This document shows positions 49,567 to 58,480 of a DNA stretch of 64,000 bases, one piece after another (the stretch's first letter is position 1; every line of letters begins with the position of its first letter). Position numbers and translations under genes: made by a program. This stretch comes from Bacteriovoracaceae bacterium (GTDB lineage Bacteria; Bdellovibrionota; Bacteriovoracia; Bacteriovoracales; Bacteriovoracaceae), in assembly GCA_041586955.1 (NCBI GenBank), contig JBFGZE010000005.1:1-64000 (forward strand). Direction: 5' to 3'. The notes under the pieces are model-generated. The model had not been told where the DNA came from. It saw nothing but the letters and a program-made list of their open reading frames with translations, and did no database searches.

Positions 49567-50820
49567 CTAGACCTTAAGGCCTTCTAAAAACTCCACTCGA
49601 ACCAACGCAGGAGGGTGAGAATGGTACCATCGGCTATACATAGGGTCTGGAGTAAGAGTTGAAGCGTTCTCCTTATAGAGCTTAACTAAGGCCTGGATGA
49701 GCTCCTGGGGATCCGAGTATTGGGCGGCGAAGGTATCGGCTTCAAATTCATACTTACGGCTAACAAAACTTGAGATGGGCGTCATCCAAAAGGTATAGGC
49801 CGATAACACCATAGAGAAAAGAACAAGCCCAGTATAGGGGGCTCCGGTCTTTACACCATGGCCTAGATAGAAATCAGGAGAGTGAAATAAAAGGCCTAAG
49901 GCCCAAAATCCAATAAAACTAATAACGACTGATTTCATCAATTGCTTGACGATGTGTTTACACTTGAAATGACCTAGTTCATGGGCCAAAACTGCTTCCA
50001 CCTCACCAGGGCCGAGAGTTTTAATAAGAGTGTCGAAAAAGACAATGCGCTTGTTTTTACCAAAACCTGTAAAATAGGCGTTACCATGGCTCGAGCGTAT
50101 CGAGGCATCCATGACAAAAAGTCCATTAGATTCAAAGCCTGTGCGTTGAAGAAGGCCTAAAACCTTTTCTTTTACCTCACCCTCCTCTAATGCACTAAAT
50201 TTATTAAAGATAGGAGCGATGAATCGGGGATAGGCCCATAATAAGGTAAATTGAACGGCGATGAGAAATCCCCAGCCCCAAAGCCACCAGTTTTGACCAA
50301 GTTTTTCAATAATGGCGAGCAGGCCAGCAAAGATAGGCAGGCCAATAAGCGCACCCAGAACTAGGCCTTTAATCATGTCAATAATGAATAATTTAGGAGT
50401 GGTTTTATTAAAGCCAAATTTTTCTTCCAACACAAATGTGGTGTAGAGACTTTGGGGAATTCCTAGGAGAGTCGAGATCCCGGCAAAAGCGGCCATGAAG
50501 TAAATGCCTTGAGTGATCATTGAGGGGGCCATCATTTGCGCCCAATCCGTAAGCGCCTGAAGCCCCCCGCCAAAAGTCCATAAAAGGAGTATAATCAGAT
50601 CCATAGTACGAAACCAACGACCGGCCTGGCCTTTGGCGCGAGCATATTCAGCGGCCTTTTGATGCTCCTCTAGAGTGATAACGTCTTGAAAGCGCTCAGG
50701 GACCTTGTTGCGATGAGCATAAATATATCTTGTGTTGCGCTTCTCTAAATAGGCTTCCAGAACTTCTTTGATTCCTAAAGCGCAAAGAAAAATTGATGTG
50801 ACCACTTGGGTATTGCTCAT
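49567..50820 (-). CDS. Ste24/CAAX-protease-like M48 metalloprotease
   Basis: FGFNKTT, DAS.RS.HGNAYFTG, VLAHELGH, EFEAD and SHPP motifs. Confidence 0.92.
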   Translation of the reverse strand: MSNTQVVTSIFLCALGIKEVLEAYLEKRNTRYIYAHRNKVPERFQDVITLEEHQKAAEYARAKGQAGRWFRTMDLIILLLWTFGGGLQALTDWAQMMAPSMITQGIYFMAAFAGISTLLGIPQSLYTTFVLEEKFGFNKTTPKLFIIDMIKGLVLGALIGLPIFAGLLAIIEKLGQNWWLWGWGFLIAVQFTLLWAYPRFIAPIFNKFSALEEGEVKEKVLGLLQRTGFESNGLFVMDASIRSSHGNAYFTGFGKNKRIVFFDTLIKTLGPGEVEAVLAHELGHFKCKHIVKQLMKSVVISFIGFWALGLLFHSPDFYLGHGVKTGAPYTGLVLFSMVLSAYTFWMTPISSFVSRKYEFEADTFAAQYSDPQELIQALVKLYKENASTLTPDPMYSRWYHSHPPALVRVEFLEGLKV

Positions 50821-50891
50821 TTGGTTTCCTTAAAAGTATGGTTAAACACCTCTAGGATAGCGAAAGCATTTTAATAATTAAAGGAACAAAT

Positions 50892-51668
50892 ATGCCATTT
50901 AAAATCCTTTATACAGAATCTTCTCTACGCAACTTCACTTATCTTTTAAAAGATGAAGAAAATAGAGTGGTTTGCTTTGACCCGTTTTCTGCAGCGCAGG
51001 TGCAGCAATTTTTGCAATCATGGGGAGGTCATTTAACTACCATTATCAATACCCATGAGCATTGGGATCATACCCAGGGAAATGAGGAATTGGTGGGCAT
51101 TTATCAATGCGAAGTTTTGGCCCACCCAAAGGCGCGGGACATCCCCTGCCAGACGGGGACTTTGAAAAAAGGCGATCAACTCGATTTGGGGATAGAGGGT
51201 TATCTAGAGGTTTTAGAAACACCGGGTCACACGATGGCGCATCTTAGTTTCTTATGGTGGAAAGAGCAGCGGCCCTATGGCATTTTTACGGGAGACACAC
51301 TTTTTAATGCAGGTGTCGGAAATTGCCATAATGGAGGTGACCCTCATATTCTTTATCAGACTATTAAAAATGAGTATTACCCTTTGGCCGATGAAATTAT
51401 TGTTTTTCCTGGCCATGAGTATCTTCAGAATAATTTGCGCTTTACTTTGGACCGGGAACCTCATAATCGTAAGGCAAGAGAGTTATTGGAATGGTGCGAG
51501 GCCAATGACGTGATTAAAGAAGAATTTACAACGACCATGGGATTGGAAAAAGAAATTAATACTTTTTTACGTCTCAGTGAAATCGAAATACGAAATAATT
51601 TACCACAGACAGTGAGTTCTGAAGAAGACGCTTTTGTGGCCTTAAGAGCATTAAGAAATCAATGGTAA
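50892..51668 (+). CDS. gloB: Hydroxyacylglutathione hydrolase (glyoxalase II)-like metallo-beta-lactamase-fold protein
   Basis: THEHWDH, TPGHT, TGDTLF, PGHEY, EK..N.FLR and LR..RNQW motifs. Confidence 0.8.
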   Translation: MPFKILYTESSLRNFTYLLKDEENRVVCFDPFSAAQVQQFLQSWGGHLTTIINTHEHWDHTQGNEELVGIYQCEVLAHPKARDIPCQTGTLKKGDQLDLGIEGYLEVLETPGHTMAHLSFLWWKEQRPYGIFTGDTLFNAGVGNCHNGGDPHILYQTIKNEYYPLADEIIVFPGHEYLQNNLRFTLDREPHNRKARELLEWCEANDVIKEEFTTTMGLEKEINTFLRLSEIEIRNNLPQTVSSEEDAFVALRALRNQW

Positions 51669-51684
51669 TAATAAAGGAGATAAA

Positions 51685-52161
51685 ATGGATTTACCAAAAA
51701 TTGGCAATATGGCACCTGCTTTTACCTTATTAAATCAAAAAGGTGAAAAAGTATCCTCAAAAGATTTTAAAGGGGCGAAAAATATTGTCCTTTATTTTTA
51801 CCCGAAAGCGATGACTCCCGGTTGTACGGTTCAGGCATGTGGGATTCGTGATAAAAAACGTAATTTTACCAATTCTGGAACAATTGTTCTTGGAGTTAGT
51901 CCCGATGCTCCTGCACGCTTACAAAAGTTTATTGATAAAGAGAAACTTAATTTTGATTTACTCTCTGATGAAGACCATAAAATAGCTGAAAAATATGGCG
52001 TATGGGGTCTTAAGAAATTTATGGGCCGGGAGTATATGGGAATTATGAGAATGACTTTTATTATCGGTAAAGACGGTCGTCTTAAGCATATTATGCCGAA
52101 AGTGAATACCAAAACTCACCACGAGGATGTTCTCTCTTGGATTAAAGAAAATTTAGATTAA
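51685..52161 (+). CDS. bcp: Thioredoxin-dependent thiol peroxidase Bcp
   Basis: YFYPKAMTPGCTVQAC motif. Confidence 0.93.
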   Translation: MDLPKIGNMAPAFTLLNQKGEKVSSKDFKGAKNIVLYFYPKAMTPGCTVQACGIRDKKRNFTNSGTIVLGVSPDAPARLQKFIDKEKLNFDLLSDEDHKIAEKYGVWGLKKFMGREYMGIMRMTFIIGKDGRLKHIMPKVNTKTHHEDVLSWIKENLD

Positions 52162-52172
52162 CGAGGAATAGA

Positions 52173-53282
52173 ATGAAAAAGATTTGCTTGATTGGCCTTA
52201 TTCTGATGATGAATAATTTTCTTTATGCCAAAACTCAGAAATTAAATATGATGGTTTATAATGTGGAAAATCTCTTTGACGGTCAGCATGATGCGGGCAA
52301 GAACGATTGGGCCTATTTACCCAAAGATTTTAAAGGGAAAACCAAGGAATGCAATAGCATTCCTAATCCTCGTTATCGGAAACAATGCCTTGAGGGGAAT
52401 TGGACCGCCAAACATTTAAAAGTTAAATTTTTGCAAATCGAAAAAATGGTCAAGTCTAAAGGGGTTCTACCTGATCTTCTCGCATTGAGTGAAATTGAAA
52501 ATCAAAATGTCATTCAAGCATTGGCAGGTCATTTGGGTTATCAAAAAATAATGGTTTCCAATTCTCCTGACCAGCGCGGCATCGATTTGGCCTTACTTTT
52601 TAATGAGAAAAATGGATTGGTTTTTAAAAATAAACGAGAACATGTATTGGCCGGAGAGTATTTTAATAAAAGGCCGAGTCGTAATATTTTAGAGGTAGAG
52701 TTTCTCTGGAAGAAAGAGCCGCTTTTTGTTTTCGTCAATCATTGGCCATCTCTTTCAAACCCTCAGAAAACGCGCCTCATTGCCGCACGCACCCTGAAGG
52801 ATCGCATAGATAATATTCTTAAGATTAATAAGAAGGCTCGAATCATGGCGGTAGGGGATTTTAATACTATTCCAGAAAACCATCCGCATCCTTTTAGCAC
52901 GATCTTGGAAAGTGATAACAAAATAGTTGATTTGCATACCACTTTTATGAAATCGAGAAAGGTTAAAAAGGACACTAAAAAGGCCATGCCACTCGGAACT
53001 TATTTTTATGCCCCAAAAATGACTTGGAATTTATTAGATCGAGTTTTTCTTTCGACGAATTTATTAAGGAGTAAAAAAGGTATTAAAGTGGATCTCAACT
53101 CTTATGAGATTGTTGCTCCTAAATGGGCGCAAACCACATTTAAATACGATGATAAAAACCAACCCCATTTTAACTCTATCATTCATGGAGTTCCATGGCG
53201 CTACGATCACCTCAGCGCTGATCAAAAAACAGCGGGCTATTCTGATCATTATCCATTATGGCTTACCTTAAATCTTGATTAG
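52173..53282 (+). CDS. Secreted endonuclease/exonuclease/phosphatase family protein
   Basis: YNVENLFD, EIEN, NHWPS, GDFN and GYSDHYP motifs; signal peptide. Confidence 0.88.
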   Translation: MKKICLIGLILMMNNFLYAKTQKLNMMVYNVENLFDGQHDAGKNDWAYLPKDFKGKTKECNSIPNPRYRKQCLEGNWTAKHLKVKFLQIEKMVKSKGVLPDLLALSEIENQNVIQALAGHLGYQKIMVSNSPDQRGIDLALLFNEKNGLVFKNKREHVLAGEYFNKRPSRNILEVEFLWKKEPLFVFVNHWPSLSNPQKTRLIAARTLKDRIDNILKINKKARIMAVGDFNTIPENHPHPFSTILESDNKIVDLHTTFMKSRKVKKDTKKAMPLGTYFYAPKMTWNLLDRVFLSTNLLRSKKGIKVDLNSYEIVAPKWAQTTFKYDDKNQPHFNSIIHGVPWRYDHLSADQKTAGYSDHYPLWLTLNLD

Positions 53283-53418
53283 GAGTAAGGTCCCGTTCTT
53301 TTTTACTCAATTTTATATTGTAGAGAAGGAAAGGGACTTTATTTTGCTGCCTCAATTTGATGTTGATTCTTATCATCACAGGGAGATGTGGAGCAATAAA
53401 GCTAGTATAGAGATAAAG

Positions 53419-54444
53419 TTACATGCACTCTCTTGCTCGTTCCCCTTTCTTAAAAAGGACTTTTTCAAAGAATTCATAAGCTTTTTTACAGACTTTGTTT
53501 GTCTTTCCCATCTCTCTAAGTAGAAACGGCTCCGTAACAAAAGCGGTAAGAAGTTCAGAAAAATGCTCATTCGAGCGATTGTCTGCATACCTGGAAACCA
53601 GACAACCTGGCCGTCCTGTTCTGCTATCTTCGGTCCAAACTTTTCCACCAATGGCCCTTAAAAATTCATTGTAAATATTATTTCCCTGACCGATTGATGG
53701 CTCAACACTATTTCCAATCAGATGTCCCCATTCGTGAACATACTGAGCAACACTCAAACCGTGTCGGGCACGACCTTTTCTTGAAATGCGAATTTTATTG
53801 CCAAACTGCCGGCTGCTCTTTCTATCATCATCGCAATATACAAAAGGAAATTTTTTCTCAGGCCTTCCAATTTGAAAAATTCCACCATTAAGATATTGCA
53901 TAGATAGGATGGCCGCACCAAAGGCCCTAATTTCTTCATCCGAAGGAGGTTTACTACCGGGGGAATCGTTGTCTTTTTTAAAAGAAAAGTTTTGGGACTC
54001 GATGGCCGCTTTTGCTTCCTCTAAAGAAACGTTCTCGACTGGGTAGCATCCCCGCTCCGGTCGGGGGTGGTTCTTAAGTGAGACCCCATAGGGGATCGCT
54101 TTGCCATGAGAAGCGACATTTCTTTTAAAAGGTGAAACTTTTTTTGAACTAATTGTTGTCTCATGAGTTTTGATGGGCGGATCGGAAGCAGCTTCAATTT
54201 CAATGCAGTCTCGTTGAAAGGAAATGTCTCCAGGATTACTAACCACTTCATTGACTTGTTTATAGGAGGGTAATGTTTTTCCATTATTAGTTAGACGATT
54301 GAGTTCTTTATGTGCAGATATCGATTCTTCAGAATTATCCTGTTGGCCTTGATCAAAAGATAGAAACTCTTGTCCTGTGGTTTTACAGGAAGCACCTATG
54401 ACTAAAGCAAAGCAAAATGTTAATAATATTAAGTACCTTTTCAT
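53419..54444 (-). CDS. Lipoprotein with zincin-like metallopeptidase domain
   Basis: Lipobox GASC, HEWGH and SRYA...EHFSE. Start ATG 54444 behind GGAG. Confidence 0.65.
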   Translation of the reverse strand: MKRYLILLTFCFALVIGASCKTTGQEFLSFDQGQQDNSEESISAHKELNRLTNNGKTLPSYKQVNEVVSNPGDISFQRDCIEIEAASDPPIKTHETTISSKKVSPFKRNVASHGKAIPYGVSLKNHPRPERGCYPVENVSLEEAKAAIESQNFSFKKDNDSPGSKPPSDEEIRAFGAAILSMQYLNGGIFQIGRPEKKFPFVYCDDDRKSSRQFGNKIRISRKGRARHGLSVAQYVHEWGHLIGNSVEPSIGQGNNIYNEFLRAIGGKVWTEDSRTGRPGCLVSRYADNRSNEHFSELLTAFVTEPFLLREMGKTNKVCKKAYEFFEKVLFKKGERARECM

Positions 54445-54611
54445 ATGAGACTCCAAGGTCTTTTCGGAGTATCTCAATAAAAGCTTTAGAAATGGCCTGA
54501 TGATTGCTGCTAAGTGATTAAAAAGTGGTAGTTCTGAAAACGCAAAGGCCATTCGTACCCTACTTCGTGACCTTGGGAGAAGCAGACTTTAAGTGCCCTT
54601 TAGAAAATTAA

Positions 54612-55952
54612 TTACTTTATTGAGTAAAGGAGCTTTGAACAATCTAACTCTTGAGATTGTAAGCAGCTTTCTCGAATCATTTCTGAAATAGTATTTTTTT
54701 GATAACTTGTGAGCTTTTGGAATAGCTTTTTAAGAGGAGCGTAATAATAGATCTTAAAGGCATCAACATCATCTTCCTTCTTTTTCTGATAAAATAATTG
54801 CTCTGTTAACTCCATTTCATATGTCGGGGCGACATAAGTCTTTAAGGTATCCCTATATTCCATATTATTAATAAAGTTGAATTGAGTCGCATAGGCCCGT
54901 TGTTCATTAATAAAGGCCCGAATTGTCGCATAATCAAGATTATCAATTGCCCCATCTACGAGTAAAGAACCTAGCTTAGATAATGAGGTGTGATTGGCCT
55001 TGGTTAGATGATCCTTAAGGTGATGCATTTCATGAGTTATAATCGAAATATCGCTGGTTGAATTTAAAATAAGATGGCCATTGCTTTTCATTCCCTTTCC
55101 TCCAAGCTTTAAGGCCTTTGCGTAATCTGAATGGTTGCTTGAAAACGATCCGTATACTCCACGGTCGTTGGTACTCCAAAGGATTGATTTTCCTTGGTTT
55201 AATAATGCCTTTACTTTTTGATAGGCCCTGTGATCATCAAAGAGGTCATTAAAAGTTGGAGGTTTCATCAGTTTTACATAAATTCCACGATAGGCCGCTT
55301 CTGCAATCTCATTAGGGGAGTAGTAGAATATCTTACCCTCTCCTCCGTCTTGGTAAAAACTATTAATTAAGTTACGCTCGTTTTTGCTAATAAAGAAATT
55401 GTTTTGAAAAACTCGTTGCTTTGAAATCTCAATTTTTTTTCCATTTTTATTTACGACAGTGATTTTTCTTTTTCCCAGCTCTTTAATTTGGTAGGGCGCA
55501 TAAAATTGATGATTTTTATCGGGGTTTGTTGCAAGGTGATTTTGAGGCAGAATGATAAAATCATTAATTTTGTATTGGTTTATAAATTCTTGATAATAAT
55601 GAGAGAATGCTTCATGAAAAGGTAGCTTTTTTAAAATTTTGTGATGTCTATTATCGCTGTAGTAGATAAATTGCTTTTTCTTAACTTTTTCAAACTTTCC
55701 AAAGATTGTAATGGGGGTACCGCTGTTAGAGACTACCTTTTTTCCCCTATAATGAAACGTTCCATTGTCAGCAATAAAAATATCAGAGCGTTTATAATCT
55801 TCACGAGCTTTATCAAGTTGTTTTGTTAGATCGATAGATACTAATTGGTTAGTGATGCTCAGGCAATCTTTCTTGGTTGCGCTTGCGAGATTTCTATCTG
55901 ATAGGGAACTACAAGAGGTAAAAAAAATAATGATAATTAAATATTTTTCCAT
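54612..55952 (-). CDS. Hypothetical lipoprotein with HExxH motif
   Basis: Lipobox FTSC, THEMHH and NEQRAY; noticeably AT-rich. Confidence 0.55.
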   Translation of the reverse strand: MEKYLIIIIFFTSCSSLSDRNLASATKKDCLSITNQLVSIDLTKQLDKAREDYKRSDIFIADNGTFHYRGKKVVSNSGTPITIFGKFEKVKKKQFIYYSDNRHHKILKKLPFHEAFSHYYQEFINQYKINDFIILPQNHLATNPDKNHQFYAPYQIKELGKRKITVVNKNGKKIEISKQRVFQNNFFISKNERNLINSFYQDGGEGKIFYYSPNEIAEAAYRGIYVKLMKPPTFNDLFDDHRAYQKVKALLNQGKSILWSTNDRGVYGSFSSNHSDYAKALKLGGKGMKSNGHLILNSTSDISIITHEMHHLKDHLTKANHTSLSKLGSLLVDGAIDNLDYATIRAFINEQRAYATQFNFINNMEYRDTLKTYVAPTYEMELTEQLFYQKKKEDDVDAFKIYYYAPLKKLFQKLTSYQKNTISEMIRESCLQSQELDCSKLLYSIK

Positions 55953-56162
55953 AGATTCACTTTAGCATAGTTTTCAATTGGTTGGAGTAAATTACCTTTT
56001 TACGATTAGGGATCTTAAATGAGATATTTGATGGATATGTATTAATCCCTTTTCTAAACTGGCGAAGGGGAATGATTAAATATTGAATGTATGAATTAAT
56101 GGCATGGGAAAAGTATGGGAAATGGCCAGAAATGAATATCCTCTTATGGCCTTAATACCAAT

Positions 56163-56447
56163 TTACAGTGAGCAAGAAAAATAGAGGCGTTGATATTGGG
56201 AGTCTTGCGGGTCTTTGACAATAGTTTCAAATTGAACTTTTTTCTTTTGACAGAATTGGCGGACATTTTTTTTCGCTTGGTTAAGGCGCGCGGATTCCAT
56301 TTGCTTAAGAGTACCTTGCGGGTAACGAATATATCCCTGCCATAAATTATACTGCTCAAGAGTTAAATGAATTTGGCGCTGTTTGGAGTGGGGGGTGTTT
56401 CCGCAGGAAAAGGTCGCGACAAGGGTAAGCACCAAGAGTAACTTCAT
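56163..56447 (-). CDS. Small hypothetical lipoprotein
   Basis: Lipobox TFSC; co-oriented, 2 nt after the radical SAM stop. Confidence 0.6.
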   Translation of the reverse strand: MKLLLVLTLVATFSCGNTPHSKQRQIHLTLEQYNLWQGYIRYPQGTLKQMESARLNQAKKNVRQFCQKKKVQFETIVKDPQDSQYQRLYFSCSL

Positions 56448-56449
56448 TT

Positions 56450-57268
56450 TTAATCCCGATAGACAGATAAGATTTTGAGGCCAGTTTCTTTCTCTAAGTA
56501 TTGCTGAACCTCTTCCGCCCTCTCACGATTAATAGTTTTTAGCTCACGGGTATCATAATCAAAAATTTTCTTATGATTGCCGCGATTTTCACGATGCCAC
56601 TCCATGGGGTATGGCCGTTTGGGAGTATTTAATTGCACAATATCAGGGTTGATTCGTTTTAATAATCGTGCCAGGTCATCTATATGCCTATCATTTATAG
56701 GCATAAACATGGTTTGTACTTCTATCTCACCCTCGAACTCTTCTTTGAGGGCCAGTATTCCGGTAATGGAGCGCTCAAGGGTGACCCCCGGGGCCGGACG
56801 GTTAATTAATTGAAAGGCCTCTTCATTGGCAGCATCAACTTTAACAATAATTTTATCGAGACCTAATAATGATTGACGGACATCTGGACAGTAGAGCTCT
56901 GTGGCATTGGTCAGGATGTATTGGGGGATCTCTGGCGCCAATTCTCGGACACCCTTAATCATCTCACCAATATTGGAGGCGAGTGTTGGCTCACCGCTAC
57001 CAGAGTAGGTGATAACATCAATATTTTTTTCTTGCTGTAGAACTTCTGCGATATCTGCAAGGACATTTTTAGTGGCAACATATTCCTTGCGCAGTGTGGT
57101 GATATCCTGTATCTGACCCAATTGGCAATAGAGGCAATTGAAGCTACAAGTGGACCTTGAAAAAATGGGATCGACACCCAAGCTCATGCCAAACCGCCAT
57201 GATTCGACCGGGCCGTAAACAGTTTTGGTGTTGGTAAAAAATTGATCTTCCTGAGCTTTATCATGCAT
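56450..57268 (-). CDS. Radical SAM Fe-S oxidoreductase (COG0731-like)
   Basis: YGPV.S.RFG.SLG, CSFNCLYCQLG, SGSGEPTL, LTN and LNTP.RP motifs. Confidence 0.85.
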   Translation of the reverse strand: MHDKAQEDQFFTNTKTVYGPVESWRFGMSLGVDPIFSRSTCSFNCLYCQLGQIQDITTLRKEYVATKNVLADIAEVLQQEKNIDVITYSGSGEPTLASNIGEMIKGVRELAPEIPQYILTNATELYCPDVRQSLLGLDKIIVKVDAANEEAFQLINRPAPGVTLERSITGILALKEEFEGEIEVQTMFMPINDRHIDDLARLLKRINPDIVQLNTPKRPYPMEWHRENRGNHKKIFDYDTRELKTINRERAEEVQQYLEKETGLKILSVYRD

Positions 57269-57272
57269 TTGA

Positions 57273-57563
57273 CTAAACCTCTTGGTTGATATCCTGACTA
57301 TCAGTCAGAACTTCTTGCTCAATGATATCAAAGGTGACCTGCTTTTTTAAGCTTTCTATGACAGTCGTAAACTCTGGCAATAGAGACTTATGACCAATAA
57401 TGTCAATATCCCGATAAAGGCTGCCAGGGGCACTCTTTAAAGTTGAGTAAAAGCATAGGCCTTCATTGGACTCCAATTGAAAATAAGTGAAGGCACTTTC
57501 TTCTTTTGGCATGCGTATAACCATATGAAAAAGTTGGTTATCAGGAAGTTTCATTTTATTCAT
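57273..57563 (-). CDS. Small DUF4911-like protein
   Basis: F..F.LES.EGLCFYSTL pattern. Confidence 0.5.
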   Translation of the reverse strand: MNKMKLPDNQLFHMVIRMPKEESAFTYFQLESNEGLCFYSTLKSAPGSLYRDIDIIGHKSLLPEFTTVIESLKKQVTFDIIEQEVLTDSQDINQEV

Positions 57564-57673
57564 GGCCGGCCCCCAAAGGTGATTGACTTCAATCCTACAT
57601 GTTTTAAAATGGAAGAAGACACAACATGTTGTAATGTTTAGGCAGTATGGTTATAAGTCATGGAGGACGAAAA

Positions 57674-58462
57674 GTGAAAAGGATTTCAATATTAGGGAAA
57701 TTTTCCCGTCCTATCCTCATTTTAAGTTTAGTCACCCTTCTCCCGGCCTGCTCTTGGGTAACAGGACGTCGGACTTTATTCGGTGAAGGACAAGAGAAAG
57801 CGGGTGCTAATGTTAACCAAGCGCCACCGCAGGCCATGGCAACGGTTCCAAAATCTCAATATGATGAATTACTAAAGCGCTATGAATTTGCTATGAATCA
57901 GCAAAAAATGGACCGGGCACGAACTGGCCCTGTTACAGGTCAGCCCTTGGCGTCACCAGAAACATCTCCCAGCTCGGAAGACCCAACTGATCTCATTAAT
58001 GAGTTAAGTCGCAATAATGACCCTGCTGCAGCTGAAACCATTGATGTCTATGGTCAAGTGACAGCAGGAACCTCCGTGGGCCTAACTCGTAGTAAACCTA
58101 TTATTGCCATTAAAGATGTCAGTGGTATCCAGATTGAGCGTGAGGTCAAGATCCTCAAATTGGCCAACGAATTTGTCGATATGAATAAATTTGATGCGGC
58201 CTTAACAAGAGTTAAGGAATTAGAAAATTCACCTATTGAGCAGATTCAGGTGAGGGCCAAGTTTCTTTTAGGAGAAATTCTTTTCCGCCAAGGTGAATTT
58301 GATCTGGCGATGCAAATGTATGAAGAGATTGTTAATGAGCATGCCTTCTCAGGAATTATTTTAAAAACCTTAGGACGCCTAATCGTATGCTCTGAGAAAT
58401 TAAAAGTAAAAAGTAAGCAAGAAAAATATTATTCAATTTTGCATGACTTCTTTCAATCGTAG
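57674..58462 (+). CDS. TPR lipoprotein (CpoB/YbgF-like)
   Basis: GTG start behind GGAGG, lipobox LPAC, coiled coil, C-terminal TPR (AKFLLGEILFRQGEFDLA). Confidence 0.7.
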   Translation: MKRISILGKFSRPILILSLVTLLPACSWVTGRRTLFGEGQEKAGANVNQAPPQAMATVPKSQYDELLKRYEFAMNQQKMDRARTGPVTGQPLASPETSPSSEDPTDLINELSRNNDPAAAETIDVYGQVTAGTSVGLTRSKPIIAIKDVSGIQIEREVKILKLANEFVDMNKFDAALTRVKELENSPIEQIQVRAKFLLGEILFRQGEFDLAMQMYEEIVNEHAFSGIILKTLGRLIVCSEKLKVKSKQEKYYSILHDFFQS

Positions 58463-58480
58463 AAGGGAAGTGAGGACATT

